Source: Psychrobacter cryohalolentis K5 (lineage in GTDB: Bacteria > Pseudomonadota > Gammaproteobacteria > Pseudomonadales > Moraxellaceae). From it: DNA of 32,000 nucleotides. The notes under the pieces are model-generated. The model saw only the letters and a program-made list of their open reading frames with translations, did not search any database and was not told where the DNA came from. The first letter of the stretch is position 1, and each line of letters opens with the position of its first letter. The position numbers and the translations under genes were made by a program. The stretch spans positions 1,920,001-1,952,000 of the forward strand of contig NC_007969.1 of the NCBI RefSeq assembly GCF_000013905.1, read 5' to 3'. Below are positions 27,358 through 32,000 of this stretch, piece by piece.

Positions 27358-28497
27358 CTACCATTTTGCATAATGATCTTCTGCCAGTCCCATCACATTA
27401 TCAAGCTTAATCACCTCTTGTTTGATTCGAATCTCACCATTATAAAAACCAAGCCATTGCTCAAAAATACTGGCAACGATACCAAAGTTATCGGTCTTCT
27501 TATAAACCGTCATAGGGGTAAAGGTTAAATCAATATCAACATTGCTCCAGCCAAGGTTTTGATGATAGATGTGCCAAGGCTGCGGTGTGGCATCTAACCT
27601 ATTAGCAACGTTGTCTTGCTGATTGGGTGGCAAATTTAGAGCATCACGAATAAACATAACAGGCGGTAAATAAAATATCTGCCCATCTAGCCAGCACGCA
27701 TTTTCACTAGCGCCCGTTTCATTAACACCCATCGATAAGTTCAATGTGAAATGACGACCATCTAGCAAATAGCTATTGATACAACTCCAAAACCAATTGG
27801 TCTCATGACGCATATATCCAAGTGTCCAATCTAAATTGGCAATAGTGTCATCATTGAATGATATTTTCTGAACTTGTTGTCCATTATTAAACGTTGAATT
27901 GGCCTTAATAGCTAAGTGACCTACGATTTTGGTAAGCGGCTCTTTTTGCGTAAAAGTCCAGCCACGCCTGCCAGTCGGTGTGCAGACCGCCAATGGCTGC
28001 GACTGCCGCTGTAACGTTGTTTCAATAGCCAGATACTGACTGTCTAACACAACGTTGACTTGTGACGGGGTAAAATCTAACGTCAATGTCAGCTTTTTAT
28101 GTTTAAATGCCATCTGCCCTTGATAGCAACTACCCTCTAAACGCGTATCAAGCGTCAAAGGCTGCAAGGCTTCACACACCTCTATCTCGTTTGTTTCATC
28201 ATTATAAAGATAAACAAAAGCACTGGTCGCAAGCTTAATGGTCGCCAGTGCCAAGCAGACTCGATAAGGTGGTTGAATGATTTGAATAAAGCAGAATTGG
28301 TTGGCTTTTAAATCTTTACGCCAATTGGGCAGAGGTTTCTGTGAGATAAGGTGGCTGTGATAATCTAAATAGTTGATGTCTTTGATTTGGGCAAAAATAC
28401 CAGAATGAGGCTGACCTTTTTGGATTAGTTGGTCGAGCACCGCTGGTTTCAATTCATTAGCGATATCAGAAAAAGGTTGATGATTGTTTTGAATCAT
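27358..28497 (-). CDS. Conserved hypothetical protein, possibly DUF2804 family
   Basis: 379-aa ORF with no signal peptide or TM segment. The Trp-rich blocks (HETNWFWSC, ACWLDGQ) and the C-terminal GLAEDHYAKW resemble what I recall of DUF2804 proteins. The assignment is from memory only. Confidence 0.45.
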   Translation of the reverse strand: MIQNNHQPFSDIANELKPAVLDQLIQKGQPHSGIFAQIKDINYLDYHSHLISQKPLPNWRKDLKANQFCFIQIIQPPYRVCLALATIKLATSAFVYLYNDETNEIEVCEALQPLTLDTRLEGSCYQGQMAFKHKKLTLTLDFTPSQVNVVLDSQYLAIETTLQRQSQPLAVCTPTGRRGWTFTQKEPLTKIVGHLAIKANSTFNNGQQVQKISFNDDTIANLDWTLGYMRHETNWFWSCINSYLLDGRHFTLNLSMGVNETGASENACWLDGQIFYLPPVMFIRDALNLPPNQQDNVANRLDATPQPWHIYHQNLGWSNVDIDLTFTPMTVYKKTDNFGIVASIFEQWLGFYNGEIRIKQEVIKLDNVMGLAEDHYAKW

Positions 28498-28641
28498 AAT
28501 GGCGGCATCCTAGCCAAATTTATACCAAGAGTTAAGCAGTTTGTTATGTAATGGCTATTGCTAACTAATACTTCACTATAATAGCAAACAATAGCCCATT
28601 AAAAATAAAACGCTGTGATTCCTAGTAGGAAACTATAACCA

Positions 28642-29868
28642 TTAAAAAATACGCTTATCATTAACCGGTTTGGCAAACTTATTAATATTGGTTTCAATAT
28701 TTTTGGCAATACTCAGATAGTAAGACGCAAACTCATCATCGACTAATACGCTTGGCTCACCTTTATCTACCTGTGCACGGATAGCGCTTGCCAGTGGAAG
28801 CTGTCCTAATAGCGGCACTTGATATTGCTCAGCGATCTTTTCGCCGCCGCCTGTACCAAAGATAGCTTCAGTATGATTGCAGTTACTACAAGTGTGCAGC
28901 GCCATATTTTCAACCACGCCAAGCACAGGAATATTGGTTTTATTAAACATCTCAATGCCTTTTTGGGCATCAAGTAACGCAATATGCTGCGGCGTCGTCA
29001 CAATGACAGCGCCCGTCACCGGAATACGCTGAGCAAGGGTGAGCTGAATATCACCGGTGCCTGGTGGCATATCAATGACTAAGTAATCTAACTGTGGCCA
29101 ATTGGTTTGATTATATAGCTGCATCAACGCGCCGGTCGCTTTTGGACCGCGCCATGCGATAGGCGTATTATCACCATCAAGCAAGCTGCCAATCGATAAC
29201 ATCGCTAGTCCATGCGCATTAATTGGCACAAACTGCTCATTTTCAAGCTCAGGTCTGACACTATTCACACCTAGCATCGCTGGCATACTGGGTCCATAAA
29301 TATCAGCATCTAATACACCAACGCGGTTGCCGAGCTTTTGTAATGCCAAGGCGATATTGACAGTAGTGGTTGATTTTCCCACGCCGCCCTTACCAGAGGC
29401 AACGACAATGATATGACGAATACGCGGATGAGCGGACAACGACGCTTGGGTAGGAGCTTGCTTAGTGATAGGTGGTTCAGCATTTACCGTACTATCATCG
29501 CTTTTGGCAACAGGTTTACTATGACTATCCATCGCATTGGTGGTTTTTGGCATTGCTTTTGGCAAACTTGAGCCTTCACCTTTCATCGGCGCTGGTATCC
29601 GAACATTCATATGAATGCTTTGAATACCATGCGGCTGTAATAACTGCCCAAGCGCTTGCTGAATGGCCTCAGGATCGCTTTCATGTGGCAGACGCAACTC
29701 TAATGTCAGCTCACCACCATTACGCTCAAGCCCAGTGACCATCGTAGCAATACTGCTATCCCCAACATGATAACCCAGCAATACTTTATCAACAGCGCTA
29801 TCAAGCGCAGCTTTCTGCTCTGGAGTTTCCTTTTGTGCGGTGGGTTTTTTCTTCATAAAATTAAACAT
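28642..29868 (-). CDS. apbC: Fe-S cluster carrier ATPase Mrp/ApbC (N-terminal DUF59-like domain, low-complexity linker, P-loop NTPase)
   Basis: Deviant Walker A VASGKGGVGKSTT, the DMPPGTGD block and the CSNCNH (CxxC) cluster-binding motif. Confidence 0.9.
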   Translation of the reverse strand: MFNFMKKKPTAQKETPEQKAALDSAVDKVLLGYHVGDSSIATMVTGLERNGGELTLELRLPHESDPEAIQQALGQLLQPHGIQSIHMNVRIPAPMKGEGSSLPKAMPKTTNAMDSHSKPVAKSDDSTVNAEPPITKQAPTQASLSAHPRIRHIIVVASGKGGVGKSTTTVNIALALQKLGNRVGVLDADIYGPSMPAMLGVNSVRPELENEQFVPINAHGLAMLSIGSLLDGDNTPIAWRGPKATGALMQLYNQTNWPQLDYLVIDMPPGTGDIQLTLAQRIPVTGAVIVTTPQHIALLDAQKGIEMFNKTNIPVLGVVENMALHTCSNCNHTEAIFGTGGGEKIAEQYQVPLLGQLPLASAIRAQVDKGEPSVLVDDEFASYYLSIAKNIETNINKFAKPVNDKRIF

Positions 29869-30180
29869 AGCGACCGTGACTGCCTATACAAGTGGGTTGG
29901 TATGCTAAAAAGTATTATTAATACTATAACGAGAATAATTAACGATAGAAGCCATAAGCTTTTTAGCCAAACCTTTTATCGTGTCAGTGTAGCTCAATTG
30001 CAAGCATAAAAAAACCATGATGGCAGTAAGACAGCATTTTGCGTACAGCTTTGATCCTACGGTATCATCGATATCAAATAACATAGATGAATTACTTTAT
30101 GACACGAGACAAGGTTGAGTTTGTTCAATACAAAAGGCAAGCTCGCAGCTTATCATCACCACAGACATCATACTCATTAA

Positions 30181-30212
30181 CAATACCAATACCAATACCA
30201 ATACCAATACCA
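30181..30212. repeat. Hexanucleotide microsatellite (CAATAC)5
   Basis: Five perfect consecutive CAATAC units plus CA. The repeat begins 15 nt downstream of the stop of the small ORF at 30227-30472. Confidence 0.95.
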
Positions 30213-30226
30213 GCGACCCTATGGAA

Positions 30227-30472
30227 TCATCGCGAATACAGCACGAGGAATACCGAAGCAAACGTCCCCTGAATATCGGTATCTGGATACGCAAATATCG
30301 TCGAGCGATTGGGCAATTGCTGTAATAACTGCCTAGCAATTTTGGGCTTAATCAGCGCTGTGATATCGACAATATCACTAGGACGTAAAGTCTGCACCGC
30401 ATCAATCGCGCGCTTAAAATCCTGTCTTTCAATAGTATCGCTTAACTTTACTGATATGTCTTTATTATTCAT
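30227..30472 (-). CDS. Small orphan ORF (81 aa) resembling the first helices of an MgtE N-terminal domain; possible gene remnant
   Basis: ATG 30472 is preceded by AGGGA 7 nt upstream. LRPSDIVDITALIKPKIARQLLQQLP resembles the MgtE_N pattern (L-hP-x-D-I-x-D...LP). The ORF-track start at 30532 lies inside the upstream terminator hairpin. Confidence 0.4.
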   Translation of the reverse strand: MNNKDISVKLSDTIERQDFKRAIDAVQTLRPSDIVDITALIKPKIARQLLQQLPNRSTIFAYPDTDIQGTFASVFLVLYSR

Positions 30473-30512
30473 CACCTTATCCCTGCGCTCAAGATAGCCC
30501 AACGAGTACTCA

Positions 30513-30539
30513 TAAAAAAGAGCCAATATCATTGGCTCT
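30513..30539 (-). terminator. Intrinsic terminator of the 3-hydroxybutyrate dehydrogenase gene
   Basis: Minus strand: AGAGCCAAT-GAT-ATTGGCTCT followed by TTTTTT. Confidence 0.85.
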
Positions 30540-30633
30540 GGTCAATATAAAACTAAATCCTAGTCGATTGGTCTTTTTTAGGAAGCTTATAGCAATTAAG
30601 CTGACTGACCAAACAAGTTCTTAATTCGTACTA

Positions 30634-31437
<804 letters not shown>

Positions 31438-31489
31438 TTATCCTTAATAATAGGTGATGGTGTGTAGTGATGAATGAAGCCTATAAATA

Positions 31490-31510
31490 AGCCACTAAAA
31501 TATAGTGGCT
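31490..31510 (-). other. 8-bp hairpin between scoB and bdhA (weak terminator or processing candidate)
   Basis: AGCCACTA-aaata-TAGTGGCT. Only a weak T-rich tract follows on the minus strand. Confidence 0.3.
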
Positions 31511-31560
31511 ATTAAAAAATTTACTAATCAGTATTTGAACTATTAAGTGGTTTATCAAAG

Positions 31561-32000
31561 CTATTGAGCAATGCTCACTGGTGTTTTTTCTTGTAGCTCA
31601 TCGAAGCTAACACCATCTGCTAACTCAACCAGTTTTAGACCATTATCAGTCACATCAAGTACCGCAAGCTCTGTGATAATACGATCAACAACGCCTTTCC
31701 CTGTCAGTGGTAATTCGCAATTGGCAAGGATTTTTGGCTCGCCGTGTTTATTAACTTGCTCCATGAGCACAATCACACGCTGTACGCCTGCGACCAAATC
31801 CATCGCGCCGCCCATGCCTTTAACCATTTTTTTGGGAATCATCCAGTTTGCCAAATCGCCCTGCTCTGAGACTTCCATCGCGCCCAATATTGCAAGGTTA
31901 ACATGACCGCCACGAATCATCGCAAACGACTCTGAACTACTAAAATAACTCGCACCTGATTCGGCAGTGACCGTTTGTTTACCTGCATTAATCAAATCTG
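31561..32000 (-). CDS. scoB: 3-oxoacid CoA-transferase subunit B (C-terminal part; 5' end outside window)
   Basis: [47 protein letters not shown] (contains the catalytic-Glu region SEQGD) and ...[20 protein letters not shown]. The frame stays open to the window edge. Confidence 0.88.
   Translation of the reverse strand, partial: DLINAGKQTVTAESGASYFSSSESFAMIRGGHVNLAILGAMEVSEQGDLANWMIPKKMVKGMGGAMDLVAGVQRVIVLMEQVNKHGEPKILANCELPLTGKGVVDRIITELAVLDVTDNGLKLVELADGVSFDELQEKTPVSIAQ

Noticed and set aside
30087-30339. ORFs 30087..30272 (+, IPIPIPIPIP) and 30097..30339 (-, LVLVLVLVLV)
   Set aside because: Both are kept open only by the (CAATAC)5 microsatellite. They have no RBS, no other protein-like features, and they mutually overlap.

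Overview
This is a chromosomal, mostly housekeeping segment. Gene content and order suggest a Moraxellaceae genome (Psychrobacter/Acinetobacter-like), but that is an inference, not a search result. Order, left to right: fimV (one reading frame interrupted by a single in-frame TAA), an asparaginase-family gene, truA, infA. Then on the minus strand: an L,D-transpeptidase and leuB, a lipoprotein gene, leuD, leuC. Next come a divergent LysR regulator, a long untranslated region with its own promoter-like and terminator signals, and putP. An apparently intact IS3-family (IS150-group) element sits inside the putP terminator hairpin. After it: two tandem FadL-family outer-membrane channel paralogues, slyX, uup (ABC-F), petABC, sspAB, dcd, a DUF2804-like gene, mrp/apbC. 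The window ends with a small orphan ORF next to a hexanucleotide microsatellite, 3-hydroxybutyrate dehydrogenase, and the 3' part of scoB. I saw no tRNA, rRNA, CRISPR array, prophage, toxin-antitoxin pair or recognisable defence locus. I do not see a convincing novel multi-gene system. The points most worth a second look are the in-frame stop splitting FimV, the IS inserted in a terminator, the orphan promoter/terminator unit upstream of putP, the diverging FadL duplication, and three short tandem repeats in regulatory or intergenic DNA. All coordinates and motifs were read by eye. No database search was possible.
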